From: Candidatus Micrarchaeia archaeon
Lineage (GTDB): Archaea > Micrarchaeota > Micrarchaeia > CABMEP01
Length of the DNA: 64,000 nt
NCBI GenBank assembly: GCA_038881595.1
Contig: JAVZPM010000001.1
Span: 192,001 to 256,000 of the forward strand
Direction: 5' to 3'
In this document: piece by piece, positions 21,604 through 32,900 of the stretch
How positions within the stretch are numbered: position 1 is the stretch's first letter
How the letters are laid out: every line of letters begins with the position of its first letter
The notes under the pieces: generated by a model
Told to the model about the DNA's origin: nothing
The model's database searches: none
Seen by the model: only the letters and a program-made list of their open reading frames with translations
Translations under genes and position numbers: made by a program

Positions 21604-22365
21604 ATGAATTTTTTAGTGAAAAATAAAAAGGGAGTGTTTTCATTTCTTTATCTTTTTGCTATATTTACATATCTTCTCTCAGTTCTTTCAATTTATCTTA
21701 TGATTTATGAAAGAACTTCCTATCTAGAGAATAAAATCTTCATTTTAGAAGAAAGAGCAGGAAGAGAGCTTGAGTTAAAACATGCAGTAAAAAGAGTAAT
21801 AATCTATTCAGAACAGATAAGAATAATGCAAGATTTTCTTAAATTTCTATTTCCAGAATATTTGCTTGTCTTTGATTCTTCTTATTCTTTATATGGTGTA
21901 AATAGACTTAATGATCTGACAAGCGGTGGAAACCATTCATATTATCATTGGAGAGATTATGCACTGAAGTTCTGGTGTGGATTTCCTTCAGAAAATGAAA
22001 TAGTTGATATGATAACAATAAAAGGAAGGAAACCAGAATATTTCGGTTCAAATCAGATCTATCAGAGATTAAATGTATTCAATGTAGATGATACAGTTAT
22101 TGTTGGAAATGAAGTAAAAAATATATGTAGCCTTTTCCTTTCAACTTCAATAAATCAATCCACTACAATAACAAAACCAAATAAAAAAATAATACAAGGA
22201 ATCTCAGAAAACATATTGGAAAATACGATATATGATCTAATCAATGTAAAATATGGAGTTATGGTTTATGACAGTAAAGAAAACATTTCATCTGCAATCA
22301 TAATTCCAGAGTCAACAGAAATAATTTGGGATGATTATTTAGGTTTGCAAAAAGTGATTAGATGA
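21604..22365 (+). CDS. Pilin-like protein (class III signal peptide)
   Basis: KNKKG|VFSFL followed by a hydrophobic helix. Confidence 0.6.
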   Translation: MNFLVKNKKGVFSFLYLFAIFTYLLSVLSIYLMIYERTSYLENKIFILEERAGRELELKHAVKRVIIYSEQIRIMQDFLKFLFPEYLLVFDSSYSLYGVNRLNDLTSGGNHSYYHWRDYALKFWCGFPSENEIVDMITIKGRKPEYFGSNQIYQRLNVFNVDDTVIVGNEVKNICSLFLSTSINQSTTITKPNKKIIQGISENILENTIYDLINVKYGVMVYDSKENISSAIIIPESTEIIWDDYLGLQKVIR

Positions 22366-22700
22366 AAGGTCAATTATCATTGGAATTTATTTTCATAATG
22401 GCTGTCTATATTCTTTTCATATTTATTCTAGTTTCTTCTCTAGATTATTCTAAGTTCCTAGAGAAAGTAGAGTTGCAGGAATTTTCCCTTAAGATAAATT
22501 CTCTTAGACTAATAGAATCAGAAAGACTCATAAACAACCACTTTACAGATATGAAGATATTCATAGAAGGATGTTCGATATCAGAAGGAGATAGTAACAA
22601 GTCAGTAATCTGCAAGAAGGAAAATATGACTAAGATATCTAAAATACCTTTAACTCAAGCAGGAGTAGGTCTTCTTACACTTTATAAGCCATTATCTTAA
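22362..22700 (+). CDS. Type IV pilin-like protein
   Basis: MKG|QLSLEFI class III signal. Confidence 0.75.
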   Translation: MKGQLSLEFIFIMAVYILFIFILVSSLDYSKFLEKVELQEFSLKINSLRLIESERLINNHFTDMKIFIEGCSISEGDSNKSVICKKENMTKISKIPLTQAGVGLLTLYKPLS

Positions 22701-22723
22701 TTTAATATATAGCGAGTGATTAG

Positions 22724-23206
22724 ATGATAGGAAGAATGAAAATGAAAAACTGTAGAAGAGGACTGTTCAGCGTAGATGCATCATTCGCAGTTATAATTAT
22801 TCTAACAATGTCATTAATATTTTATACGTTCATTCAGTCAATTTCCTCCTCTTTACATAATCTCGAGTCAAGGCAGAAAACTGTTTCATTAATAGTTTTT
22901 TCAAATGAGATTGTCAGAAAGGAAGGAGCATACAAATCAAACACAGAAACAATATCTAATCTTATTTCAATTTCAGATCTGGATTCTTTTGCAATCAAAT
23001 TAACTTCATTAAACAATAGTGAGTATGGATTTAGCTATATAGAATGGAAGCTATCTAGTAAAAATGGAAGTGTAGTGAGAAATTTCACTAAACAATTTCA
23101 TGCAGCAGATAACGATGAGATATTTTGTATTAATCGGCTTGTATTGATAAATGATTTTAATTGGCACAAATACGAAGAAGGAATACTTAGAGTTTGTATA
23201 AAATAA
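22724..23206 (+). CDS. Pilin-like protein
   Basis: RRG|LFSVDA followed by a hydrophobic helix. Confidence 0.65.
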   Translation: MIGRMKMKNCRRGLFSVDASFAVIIILTMSLIFYTFIQSISSSLHNLESRQKTVSLIVFSNEIVRKEGAYKSNTETISNLISISDLDSFAIKLTSLNNSEYGFSYIEWKLSSKNGSVVRNFTKQFHAADNDEIFCINRLVLINDFNWHKYEEGILRVCIK

Positions 23207-23249
23207 TTTAACAGAATATTGTTTAGACAAGAAAGATGTATGTGATGAT

Positions 23250-23675
23250 ATGTGGAAAAAGGGGGCAGTATTTACATTAGAGGCGTTGATTACGTTTACA
23301 TTATTCTTAATTTCAATTACATCTCTTTATCTGTTAATACAACAAAAACAAAATCCTATCCCATTATATGAAACAGTAATACTGAACGATGTCTATCAAG
23401 TTTTAGAGCTAAAATACCATACAGACTTATCTTCATTTGCAAGAACAGGACAGGTTTCAACTGAACTGAGAGATTATTTTAATTATGTAAAAGATTCTAC
23501 TGGTCAAATTATATTTTTAAAATTTGGAAATTTTTTCTATTCAAGCAATAATTCAGTCTCTTGCATTCCTTTAATTACTCAAAAAAGGCTTCTTGTTTAT
23601 TTTGATCTAGATATAGGAATAACAGATACAAAGGTAAACTATTTTCATGAATTAACAATAGGCTTATGCAGATAA
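23250..23675 (+). CDS. Pilin-like protein
   Basis: KKG|AVFTLEA followed by a hydrophobic helix. Confidence 0.65.
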   Translation: MWKKGAVFTLEALITFTLFLISITSLYLLIQQKQNPIPLYETVILNDVYQVLELKYHTDLSSFARTGQVSTELRDYFNYVKDSTGQIIFLKFGNFFYSSNNSVSCIPLITQKRLLVYFDLDIGITDTKVNYFHELTIGLCR

Positions 23676-23721
23676 AATTAGATTAAGATTTGAATGCACT
23701 AATTTGAATGCGCATCTAAAT

Positions 23722-23979
23722 TTATCTCTTTTTCTTCTGCCTTTTTTCATCAACGTTTTGCTTAGCCGTATTTTTCTTTTCCTGGAGAACAATTGTTGTT
23801 GCAAAACCGCTTGCAACCGCAGAAGCGCTTACTAAAGCAGTACTTACTTCAGGTGAAAACAAAGCGCCAAGAGTCAGCATGCCAAGTCCAGCAACAGTTC
23901 CTCCGATTAATCCTTCTAATATTACAGGAACTGATTCCTCTGGCTTAAGCTCTTTTGGAAATAATATCTCCTTTACCAT
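23722..23979 (-). CDS. Small membrane protein
   Basis: Two Gly/Ala-rich hydrophobic helices and a basic tail. Confidence 0.6.
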   Translation of the reverse strand: MVKEILFPKELKPEESVPVILEGLIGGTVAGLGMLTLGALFSPEVSTALVSASAVASGFATTIVLQEKKNTAKQNVDEKRQKKKR

Positions 23980-24096
23980 AAATATCACATTTATATTATA
24001 TTATTTTAATACTTTCTATTTCTTTTATCTCATAACATCTTCATAATCTACTTCTTATATCAATTTTAATACTCATATTATGTCCATTTTATAGTG

Positions 24097-24603
24097 TTAT
24101 TTTATATCGTTATCTTTTCTAGGTATATAGAATCTTCCACTTATAAGATTGCATTTCCCTTCATAAAATAATTTTGCAGTTATGGCCGCAATCTTTGCAT
24201 CCTCTATGTGTCTTCTAAGCTTATTCTTTTCTCTCTGTATTCCAAGTATTTTTGCAGAGATAGATGGACAAACTTCTATAACAGTGAATGCATCCAACAT
24301 CTTATCTATTTCGATTCCTCTTTTCGCAAGCAGTTTCATGGAATCAAAGAATGGGAATATATTATACCCTTCTTTTCTAAGTGTTTTTTCTTCTTCCCTC
24401 ATGTTGTCGTCAATAGGAAAAGAAAGAGGTGCGTCTATTGCAATTACTCTTGGTTTTATTCTCAAAACAGATCTTATAATATCTTTATCAGAAAACATTA
24501 TAGCCTCTTCTATAACTCTTCCTTTAAGATCAATAAAAACTATTCCAGTTGGATTTTTTTCTTTAGCAGCCAAATCAATACCACAAAAGATAAGGTTTTT
24601 CAT
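24097..24603 (-). CDS. DUF429 family (RNase H-like fold) protein
   Basis: GIDLA, AIDAPLS, IEV.P motifs. Confidence 0.8.
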   Translation of the reverse strand: MKNLIFCGIDLAAKEKNPTGIVFIDLKGRVIEEAIMFSDKDIIRSVLRIKPRVIAIDAPLSFPIDDNMREEEKTLRKEGYNIFPFFDSMKLLAKRGIEIDKMLDAFTVIEVCPSISAKILGIQREKNKLRRHIEDAKIAAITAKLFYEGKCNLISGRFYIPRKDNDIK

Positions 24604-24710
24604 ATATTTTTTAAACAAACTTTATTTATATTCTTTATGATTAAGGTAGATGTCTAAAACCCTAAGCACGTATATTTTATATATTTTTTTCATTATATAT
24701 CTTAGAGTGT

Positions 24711-24846
24711 GCCAGAGTAGCTCAGTGGTAGAGCGCCAGTGAACTTGATTCATTATCTAGTTCGGCGACACTCATAAGTCAGATTTCTACTCAAGATCTT
24801 AGACTAAGAAATCTGGAGGTCGAGGGTTCAATCCCCTCCTCTGGCA
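24711..24846 (+). tRNA. Elongator tRNA-Met(CAT) with introns at 30/31 (24740-24769) and 37/38 (24777-24810)
   Basis: GCCAGAG/CTCTGGC acceptor stem; CCAG^A-CT-CAT-A^A-TCTGG restored after removal. Confidence 0.88.
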
Positions 24847-24878
24847 CTTAAGGAAATTATATTTATTTTATTTGTGAT

Positions 24879-26021
24879 GTGATGATAAGTGATCCGGTTT
24901 CTTTTGCATTATTTTTTTATCAAAATCCTATTCTAGATTTAATAAGTATTGCAATAGATAAGGCTGGAGTTGCATTCACAATAGGTTTGTTAGTTCTTAT
25001 TTACATTTTCATAAAATTTAATATTCTCAAAAGATTAGAAAAAAGCATCGGTATCGACGCAAGAAAAATTGAATACGATTTTTCTCTGTTAAAGAAAAGA
25101 TTATTCTTTACTTTCGTTGCACTCATTTTAACAATTGCTTCAGTTCAATTCATAAAATTAGTATATCCGCAAGATAGGCCTTGCACACAAGATCTTGGAA
25201 TAAACAAGATAGAATGTCCCAATTCCTCATCTTTTCCAAGTACTCACACTGCATCAGCAGCTGTTTTAGTACCGTTCTCTATCGGCACTTTTCTATTTGC
25301 ACCATCATTGTTGTTTTATTTAATCGTTGCTTTCTCAAGAGTATATTTAGGAGTACATTATCTGACAGATGTTCTTGTGGCCTCTGCATTCGGCTTCTCA
25401 TGGTATTTTTTATCTGAAATTCTTCTTGAAAAAAATACTGGAAAAAGAATAGCATCCAAAGCAAGCAATGTATTCAGAGGATTCCTTCACTTATTTTTTG
25501 GGCTTTTTATAATGTTTATCCTTACTTTAAGCAGTATCTATTCTCTTTATCCAATCCAAATATCACTTCTTGTACTTTTGTTTATCCTGTTATTTATTTT
25601 CTATCTTATAAATCGTACACTTTCGCAAAAGTCAGATATTTTGAATCAGATATTAGATTTTGTTAGCACAAGGGATAGATTTCACGGCGAAGGTGCTATA
25701 TGGTTTATCCTTGGAGCAATGCTTTTAATAGGATTTACACAGGACGTTGGAAAATCAATAGCAGGAGTGTATATTGTAACAATAGGAGATGTTGCCTCAG
25801 CAGCATTTTCATCTAAACCAGGAAAGAAATCATTGTTTAAGAATAAGAATTTAATTTCATATCTTTCTTTTGTTATAGCAAGCATTCCTTCTCTTTTAGT
25901 TCTTGGAATAGGGATATTTCCAATTATCCTTCTAGCAGCATTAATAGAGTCTTTGGATTTAAAGATTAATGACAATTTCATTCTTTTTGTTTTTCTTACT
26001 TTAAGTTTTATGTTTTTATAA
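24879..26021 (+). CDS. PAP2 phosphatase fused to a dolichol/phytol-kinase-like membrane domain
   Basis: K....RP, SFPSTH, SRVYLGVH..D motifs; C-terminal GDVASA...IES....DN. Confidence 0.75.
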   Translation: MMISDPVSFALFFYQNPILDLISIAIDKAGVAFTIGLLVLIYIFIKFNILKRLEKSIGIDARKIEYDFSLLKKRLFFTFVALILTIASVQFIKLVYPQDRPCTQDLGINKIECPNSSSFPSTHTASAAVLVPFSIGTFLFAPSLLFYLIVAFSRVYLGVHYLTDVLVASAFGFSWYFLSEILLEKNTGKRIASKASNVFRGFLHLFFGLFIMFILTLSSIYSLYPIQISLLVLLFILLFIFYLINRTLSQKSDILNQILDFVSTRDRFHGEGAIWFILGAMLLIGFTQDVGKSIAGVYIVTIGDVASAAFSSKPGKKSLFKNKNLISYLSFVIASIPSLLVLGIGIFPIILLAALIESLDLKINDNFILFVFLTLSFMFL

Positions 26022-26064
26022 TTCTTATTTGTTTTGCATATTGAAAAATGATATAGAACTGTTG

Positions 26065-27876
26065 TTAAGCCAGCAAGGCATCAAGACTTTCAACCGCCTT
26101 CTTTACTCCAGATATTACAAATCCGATAGTTTCTCCTTTCTTCAAGAGGCATACTAATATAACGTTTCTTCCATTGTAAATTAATGAATCTCCTTCTGAA
26201 CCCTTCAATAAAATGTATCTGCTTTGCCCTTTGTCAAATTCAAAGGAAGCCATGTCGCTATTTGCTATTGCCTTTGCAGCTATAGCAGATATAAGATTGG
26301 AATCAACTTCTTTAGGCATCATCGAAGCAACAAGAAGTCCATCTTTCCTTACTGCTGCCACCCCATCAACCTTTCCTCCGCTTACAATGCTATTTAGAAC
26401 CTGCATTACTTCATTCTTGTCTATTACAACAGTTTTTATTCTTTTCAAGGCACCTTCTTCAATTGTAAGCGATTCACCAATGTGCTCAGACATATATCTG
26501 GTCAAAGCCCATTTTCTCCATCTTGAAGGTATGTCTGCCAGCATGCTTATTTCAATCTTATCATTTGTTTTCAGTAGTTCATCTATTTGGTTCCTCCATT
26601 TTGGCCAATTCTCTAAAATCTCTCCTTTACTTGTTAAGCCATCAATTGCAGCTTGAATGTCAATTATTGACTTATTTATCTGGGGAAGGTATTGTTCAGC
26701 ATTTTCTGGTGTCAACTCAAGCATGTATCTTTCCATCTTCTTTCTTTCAACTTGCACAAGTATCTCTTCATTTTCAGTATCTATTTTGTTTTCAGCAGCA
26801 TTCATTATTTTATCTTCAAGTTTATCTATCCATGCACTTGCTTCCTTTATCTTTTCCTTTGCAATCTCCATAGGAGTCATATAATACCTTTCTCCAAACA
26901 ACATACCTTTTATTATATCCATTAATGAATAGTAGAGAGAGATTATTCCTATTGATATTGCAAATGCACCTAATAGTTTAGGAACATTTGTTCCTAGCCT
27001 CACAAGAGTTTCCATATCTGTGCTGCCTGGAACTTCTTTAGTAAATATAATTATCACAACTCCAATTATAATACAAGCTATTCCAGTAGCAATCCAAATT
27101 AAGTTGTCTTTTCTTCCATGTCCGATGAAATTGTATACTTCTGTCATTAATGGTGTTTTCTTTATCATGCTAACTACATACGCACCTAATAAGGCAAGTA
27201 TCTCTAGATATATTAGAACGACTATAAATAGCAGTGTTCCATATATCGCAGAGGCAATATAGAAATCAAGATTTGCCTTTAGCACATTATATATTCCATC
27301 TGCTATTTTAGATATTGTTACAAAGAATGGGACATTCTTAGGATCTATTACACTTACCTCTAAATATGCAGACTGCGCATATTTTTCAACCCATGCCTTG
27401 TTTATTTCTTGAAACACAGTTGTCTTATAATAAATCGTTTTGCCTATATCCTCGCTTCCAGAGAATGTAAATTTCCAGCTTACAGCGATCGGAGGTTCAG
27501 ATCTAAGAAGCTCACTGTATTTTGGACTGAATTCTAGCTTATCTAAGCTTAATGCCAAAGAAGAAGGAATGGTTTCTCTAAGGGTTATGTCAGTTATTTT
27601 ATCTGTAGCCTTTGAAATTAGTGTTATCTTTACAGTAACTTCATTGCCAAGGTTCTTCTGAACAATTATTTCTCTTATCATTGTTATTGACTGAATTTCT
27701 TTTGGTGTGAATACATATATTATTTCATCCGGTATTCCATCGTTATTCAGATCTACACTTCTTTCACTTTGGATCGTTTCTTTCTCAGAAGGATAAACGT
27801 TTTTCTGCAGGCAGCCAGACATGAAAATGAATGAGAATAAAACAATCAATAATAATCCAAATTTTAGTCTTTTCAT
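26065..27876 (-). CDS. Lipoprotein-like multi-pass membrane protein with C-terminal Roadblock/LC7 domain
   Basis: MSGC lipobox-like motif, DLNNDGIPD loop, ~3 TM helices, C-terminal GVAAVRKDGLLVAS. Confidence 0.7.
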   Translation of the reverse strand: MKRLKFGLLLIVLFSFIFMSGCLQKNVYPSEKETIQSERSVDLNNDGIPDEIIYVFTPKEIQSITMIREIIVQKNLGNEVTVKITLISKATDKITDITLRETIPSSLALSLDKLEFSPKYSELLRSEPPIAVSWKFTFSGSEDIGKTIYYKTTVFQEINKAWVEKYAQSAYLEVSVIDPKNVPFFVTISKIADGIYNVLKANLDFYIASAIYGTLLFIVVLIYLEILALLGAYVVSMIKKTPLMTEVYNFIGHGRKDNLIWIATGIACIIIGVVIIIFTKEVPGSTDMETLVRLGTNVPKLLGAFAISIGIISLYYSLMDIIKGMLFGERYYMTPMEIAKEKIKEASAWIDKLEDKIMNAAENKIDTENEEILVQVERKKMERYMLELTPENAEQYLPQINKSIIDIQAAIDGLTSKGEILENWPKWRNQIDELLKTNDKIEISMLADIPSRWRKWALTRYMSEHIGESLTIEEGALKRIKTVVIDKNEVMQVLNSIVSGGKVDGVAAVRKDGLLVASMMPKEVDSNLISAIAAKAIANSDMASFEFDKGQSRYILLKGSEGDSLIYNGRNVILVCLLKKGETIGFVISGVKKAVESLDALLA

Positions 27877-27978
27877 CAGCTCACTGACAGAATATTTATA
27901 TTAGTAATCTATTCTAAGGAATGTATTTAAATTTAATTATAGAGAACTATATGTTGCTTTTAGATGCTAGTTGATTTT

Positions 27979-29250
27979 ATGATTGTAAATGCAGATCTTC
28001 ATCTTCATGGAAAATATTCAGGTGCCGTATCTAATGACATGTTGCCTGCAAAGATAGGAGAGCAGGCAAAATTAAAAGGACTTCATTTAGTTGGAACCGC
28101 AGATATACTTAATATGAAATGGATGGATGAAATTAAAAAGAGTCTTTCAGAAGAAAATGGAACATTCATACACTCTTCAGGAACGAGATTCATACTTCAA
28201 ACAGAAATAGAAGATGCCAATCGAGTTCATCATATATTATTATTTCCTTCAATTAGTAAGGTTATGGAAGTAAGAGAACGTTTATTTAAATATACCAAAG
28301 ACTTGGATACAGAAGGAAGACCAAAGGTTCATCTGAATGGAGAAGAGATTGCAGAGATCGCAATAGAGGCGGAAGCCCTGATTGGACCTTCTCATGCATT
28401 TACACCATGGACTTCTCTTTATAAAGAATACAGCTCATTCAAAGATTGTTATGGTAAGTATTCGGACAAAATCTATTTCCTTGAATTGGGTTTATCTGCA
28501 GATACAGATATGGCAGACAGGATAGAGGAAATAAAAGATTTGACATTCTTAAGCAATAGCGATGCACATAGCCCATGGCCTAATAAGATGGGAAGAGAAT
28601 TCACTTCATTTGAGATGCAGGATATATCATTTGAAGAATTGAAGCTGGCTATAATGAGAAAAAAAGGAAGAGGACCCGTTCTTAATGTAAAATTTGATCC
28701 AAGAGAAGGAAAATATCATAGGACAAGATGCATGAATTGTCTAGTATTCTATTCTCTTAAAGATGCAGAGTCTTTCAAATGGAGATGTCCAGTATGCCAT
28801 AAGCCAATAAAAAAAGGAGTGGCAGAAAGAATAGAGGAATTGGCAAACGGAAGAGAAACTATTCATCCAGAGCATAGGCCAAAATGTATACATATCATTC
28901 CGTTATCAGAAATAATTGCTATAGCACACAACGTAAAAAGTCCGTATTCCCAAAAAGTACAGGAAATATGGCGTAAGTATATTGAAAACTTTGGAACTGA
29001 AATAGACATCTTGATTAAAGCAGACATAAAGGATTTAGAAAGAATAGATAAAAAAGTTTCAGAATTAATTTCTTCTTTCAGAGAGAATAAGTTCAAATAT
29101 ATACCTGGAGGAGCAGGCCGATATGGAATCCCGGTTCCACCTGGAAAGAAAGCATCTTATAAAGTATGGAAAGGAAACAAGGTTGTCGAAGTAGATGTCA
29201 ATGATGAGGAGACATTTTCATCACAACCTTCAATAACCGATTTTATGTAG
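27979..29250 (+). CDS. PHP-domain / Zn-ribbon nuclease (TIGR00375, EndoQ-like)
   Basis: DLHLH, NSDAHS, GKYH..C..C, CP.C, PGGAG.YG. Confidence 0.88.
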   Translation: MIVNADLHLHGKYSGAVSNDMLPAKIGEQAKLKGLHLVGTADILNMKWMDEIKKSLSEENGTFIHSSGTRFILQTEIEDANRVHHILLFPSISKVMEVRERLFKYTKDLDTEGRPKVHLNGEEIAEIAIEAEALIGPSHAFTPWTSLYKEYSSFKDCYGKYSDKIYFLELGLSADTDMADRIEEIKDLTFLSNSDAHSPWPNKMGREFTSFEMQDISFEELKLAIMRKKGRGPVLNVKFDPREGKYHRTRCMNCLVFYSLKDAESFKWRCPVCHKPIKKGVAERIEELANGRETIHPEHRPKCIHIIPLSEIIAIAHNVKSPYSQKVQEIWRKYIENFGTEIDILIKADIKDLERIDKKVSELISSFRENKFKYIPGGAGRYGIPVPPGKKASYKVWKGNKVVEVDVNDEETFSSQPSITDFM

Positions 29251-29342
29251 GCTAAGTATATAAAATAGTAATAAAAAACAGGCTACAATAAAAAATAGTT
29301 AAGCAAATTAAAATAAATAAAAGGAATTAAAAAAGTAAGAAT

Positions 29343-29597
29343 TTATGCGAAACTTTTCTTGTCAACAATTACATAGTCAGATGCTGCCAAGATTGCTGTG
29401 TATGGTATGTATATCAAACCCTCTTCTTTCTTCATTCTTCTCATTGTTGGGTTGTCTGGATTGGGTTCGACTACAAGCGTCTCGAGCTTGCCATTCTTCT
29501 CGTTGATCAATATATCAACCAATCTGCCTATCTCTTCACCGTCGTTTGTTATCAATTTTCTGCCTGCCAATTGGCGTGCTAATAGAAGCTTTACCAT
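29343..29597 (-). CDS. PRC-barrel protein (CdpB-like)
   Basis: L.G..LIT.DG..IG.L.DI..N..G.L pattern. Confidence 0.85.
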   Translation of the reverse strand: MVKLLLARQLAGRKLITNDGEEIGRLVDILINEKNGKLETLVVEPNPDNPTMRRMKKEEGLIYIPYTAILAASDYVIVDKKSFA

Positions 29598-29800
29598 GTG
29601 TCCACCTTTTATTAGTATTTATATGTGAGATTTAAAAATCTATCTAGATTTTAAATCTCACTCGCCTCTAATTCTTATTTGCTGATATACATTTAAAATA
29701 TTATCTTTTTTTATTTTCATACAGTAATTAATCAGAACAAACTTAAAATGTAGAAAAGCAAATTTTTATATTATTTTAAACATATATTATGTTGTCCTTT

Positions 29801-29923
29801 GTGGGGATGGCAGAGCCTGGTCAAATGCGCAGGACTTAAGACCCTGGTACAGGCTTACTCCTTTATAGAAGTAAGAAATCCTGTGCCGTAGTGGCTACGT
29901 GGGTTCAAATCCCACTCCCCACA
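29801..29923 (+). tRNA. tRNA-Leu(TAA) with 37-nt intron at 37/38 (29841-29877)
   Basis: CAGGA-CT-TAA-G^A-TCCTG, long variable arm. Confidence 0.9.
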
Positions 29924-29977
29924 TTTTTTTCTTTAAGATAACGTTAATTTTAAATATCTAGCAATTATATTAACTTT

Positions 29978-32900
29978 ATGAATCATTCGAAAAGGTTTTC
30001 ATTTTTTCCTTTATCATTCATTCTAATTATCTTTTTCTTTCAATTAACATTTGCAGTATACCCAATTATTTCACAAAGTCAAAGAGAGGCAGTTCCAATA
30101 AACGAGTCTCTGAGGAGCGTGGAAGGAATTTATTCTGTTTTCCCATTTGTTGACTGTAGTTTAATACCTGAGAAATATGGTGGATTTGGACATTGTAATA
30201 ATTTCGTTGCTGATTTTTGCATAGATAACCAGTTTCATTTAAGTCAAAGTATTGTTCCTCTAACTTCTGAAGAAAGAATTGCAATGAAGAGCATAATAGC
30301 AAAATTAGAATCAGCGGATAATGCAGTTGTCTCTATGAAAAATAAACTTCTTAATCTTCTTGTTAAGAAAAACTGCACATATCAAATATTACTCTACGTT
30401 CCTTACGCTACGATATCGAATATAGTCGGAATATTACCTTCTATGGACTATGAAGGATTTAAGAGATCTCCAATTAAATTAAGTAGTTTTGTGGTTAAAG
30501 TAGAATTAAAATGCGAGGGAGTAGATATACCTATTTTCTCGAACCTTGTTGATTTTGTAGTAGATATTATTACCAGTTTTGACAGATATTTAGAGCTTCA
30601 GGCTGCAGCCTATGAAAATTCAGGAGAGGCATTGAATGAATTGTTTAATCTTGTTATTCAACAAGCAGATTCTCTTTATTATGAAGGTGCAGGATATTCG
30701 AATTACTCAACTTCAGCCTATAAATTCTATAATGAAAAGATAAAGTCATTCATCTATAAATCTAACCAAAATCAGATCGAGCCAACACAATCTGATTTGA
30801 ATTCTCGAGATTTCTCCTCATACTTTATATATGTGAGAAACGTTAGTAAGAAAGTAAGCTTAGAACGAGTGAACAAGCTTTCAAACTGTGAAATTGCAGT
30901 AATGTCATCTCCTCAATATATTGTAGCATTTAATTACTTAATAGATCTATATAGAGAGATTCAAGAAGCAAGGGCTACTTTAAGGTCGGATTATGATGTA
31001 GCAAAGTCGGAAGCAACACAGAAATTCATTGATGCACAGACAAGATACAACATTCTAATGAATGAGAAATATTGGCTTATCAATCAATCGATAGTAGCTT
31101 ATGCATTAAACGCATCCCAAGAAACAACAATGCAAGAAGGATTGGTGATACCTTCAGATTCTTTACTGCAAATTAAAGAACTATTGTACGGTTCAGGTTC
31201 GTCTACAAGTGTGAAGAATCTTTTAGATTCAGCAAACAAGGATACAGAAAATCAAGTAATATTCTATTATTCAAAAGGCATCGAAAAGTTTAGGAAAGCA
31301 ACAGAACTATCAAAATTTGCAATCAACAACTCATACAAAATAGAGACAGAATCCGATAATGTTCTAATTTCACTTAATGAAAAAGTAAGGTACAAACTTG
31401 AAAATGCATATAACAGTCTATCTAAATATCCAGTTTATGATGTCACATCAGCTTCAGCTTATGATTTGTTGAATAATAAATATCAAACAGCATACTCAAT
31501 ATATAATAATTATAATCCATCAAATACAACTAAAGGAGAAAGAATAGTTCACCTATATAATGCAGCATTAACGCTTGATGAAGTAATATCATTTGCTTCT
31601 ATAAAGTCATCAGATATCATAGAATTAAAAAAGAAATCGTTTAAAGAGGCATTAGATGAGTTAAATTTAACTATAAAGAAAGCACAAATAGATGAAATCG
31701 ATATTACAGCTGAACTCCAATTATTAAATTCTAAGGCTTTACTTTTAGGAATGAATATCAATAATATTTCATTTCTAGAAGATTCATTAAAGGCTCTTAT
31801 TCAAGCAAAAGAAGATATATATTCGAGAGCAGAATCAGTATATTCAGATATTCCGTCACTTAGGTCAAGAATTTATTCAATAATTAATTCTATTTCACCA
31901 TACATTAATACATATCAATACAAAAACGTGATTGATCAAATAGATAGAATGTATTTTATAGATAACAGTTTTAATCCAAAGAGATGTCTTGGAAACTATA
32001 AATCAATCAAAAACAATTATTCTGCTGTTTTGGAAGATCTTAATAAAAATGCAGCTTCATTACTTTCAATATATTTGTCAAACAAATATAGTGCAAGGAC
32101 ATTATTTGATACAACACCACAAGTTGATTCTTATACAAATATAACTACATATTTAGAGATAAAGAATGATTTATCCTTAAGTACTAATTCTCAAGTTGTT
32201 GTTCAGGTAAGAGGTATTCCATATGAAGTAAATAGTATTATCGAGTCAGAAATTCCAGGTATATATGCGATAAAGAATAAAGATTATGTTTCTATTTATT
32301 TCCCAAGTATAAATAAAACTACTAGTTATCTTTTGAAAATAAAATCATATGTCAAGCCCTCCATTTTAACTTCAAAGAAAACTGAAAGGTTAGTTCTTAC
32401 AAATGAAAGATTGACAGAAAAAATTACATACGAAATTGATTCTATTTACGACATTGATTCATTGATTTTAACAGACAATTATTGGGCTGACGAATGTTCC
32501 GTTTTTATGAATAATAGAATGCAAACTGTAAGATCTTATTCTAATCTGTCTATTTCACTTTCAAATGTAAAAACAGGTAAACAAGTAATTTATGCAACCT
32601 GTACTAAGAACAATCCAATTACATATTCTACATCTGGGTTTACAAGTTCTGATAACAAAATTTCATATACTTTACAAATAAAGAGTAATTACGAGGATTT
32701 AAGTGATGTTGATTATGTATTAGAAATAATGGGTTCTGCAGATGAAATTCAGTCCGATAGTATACGTGTTTATGATTCTAAAGGCCAAATAACAAAGAAC
32801 TTTCAATTTTATAGATCTGGTGATAAATATTATGCAAAGTGGTTTATCCCGATACTTTCATCAGAGTATCAGAATTATACTGTTTCATATCTAACAACAG

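Noticed and set aside
24711..24846. Possible tRNA-Ile(CAU)
   Set aside because: GCC-starting acceptor stem fits elongator Met; Ile tRNAs typically start GGGC, as the UAU copy does.
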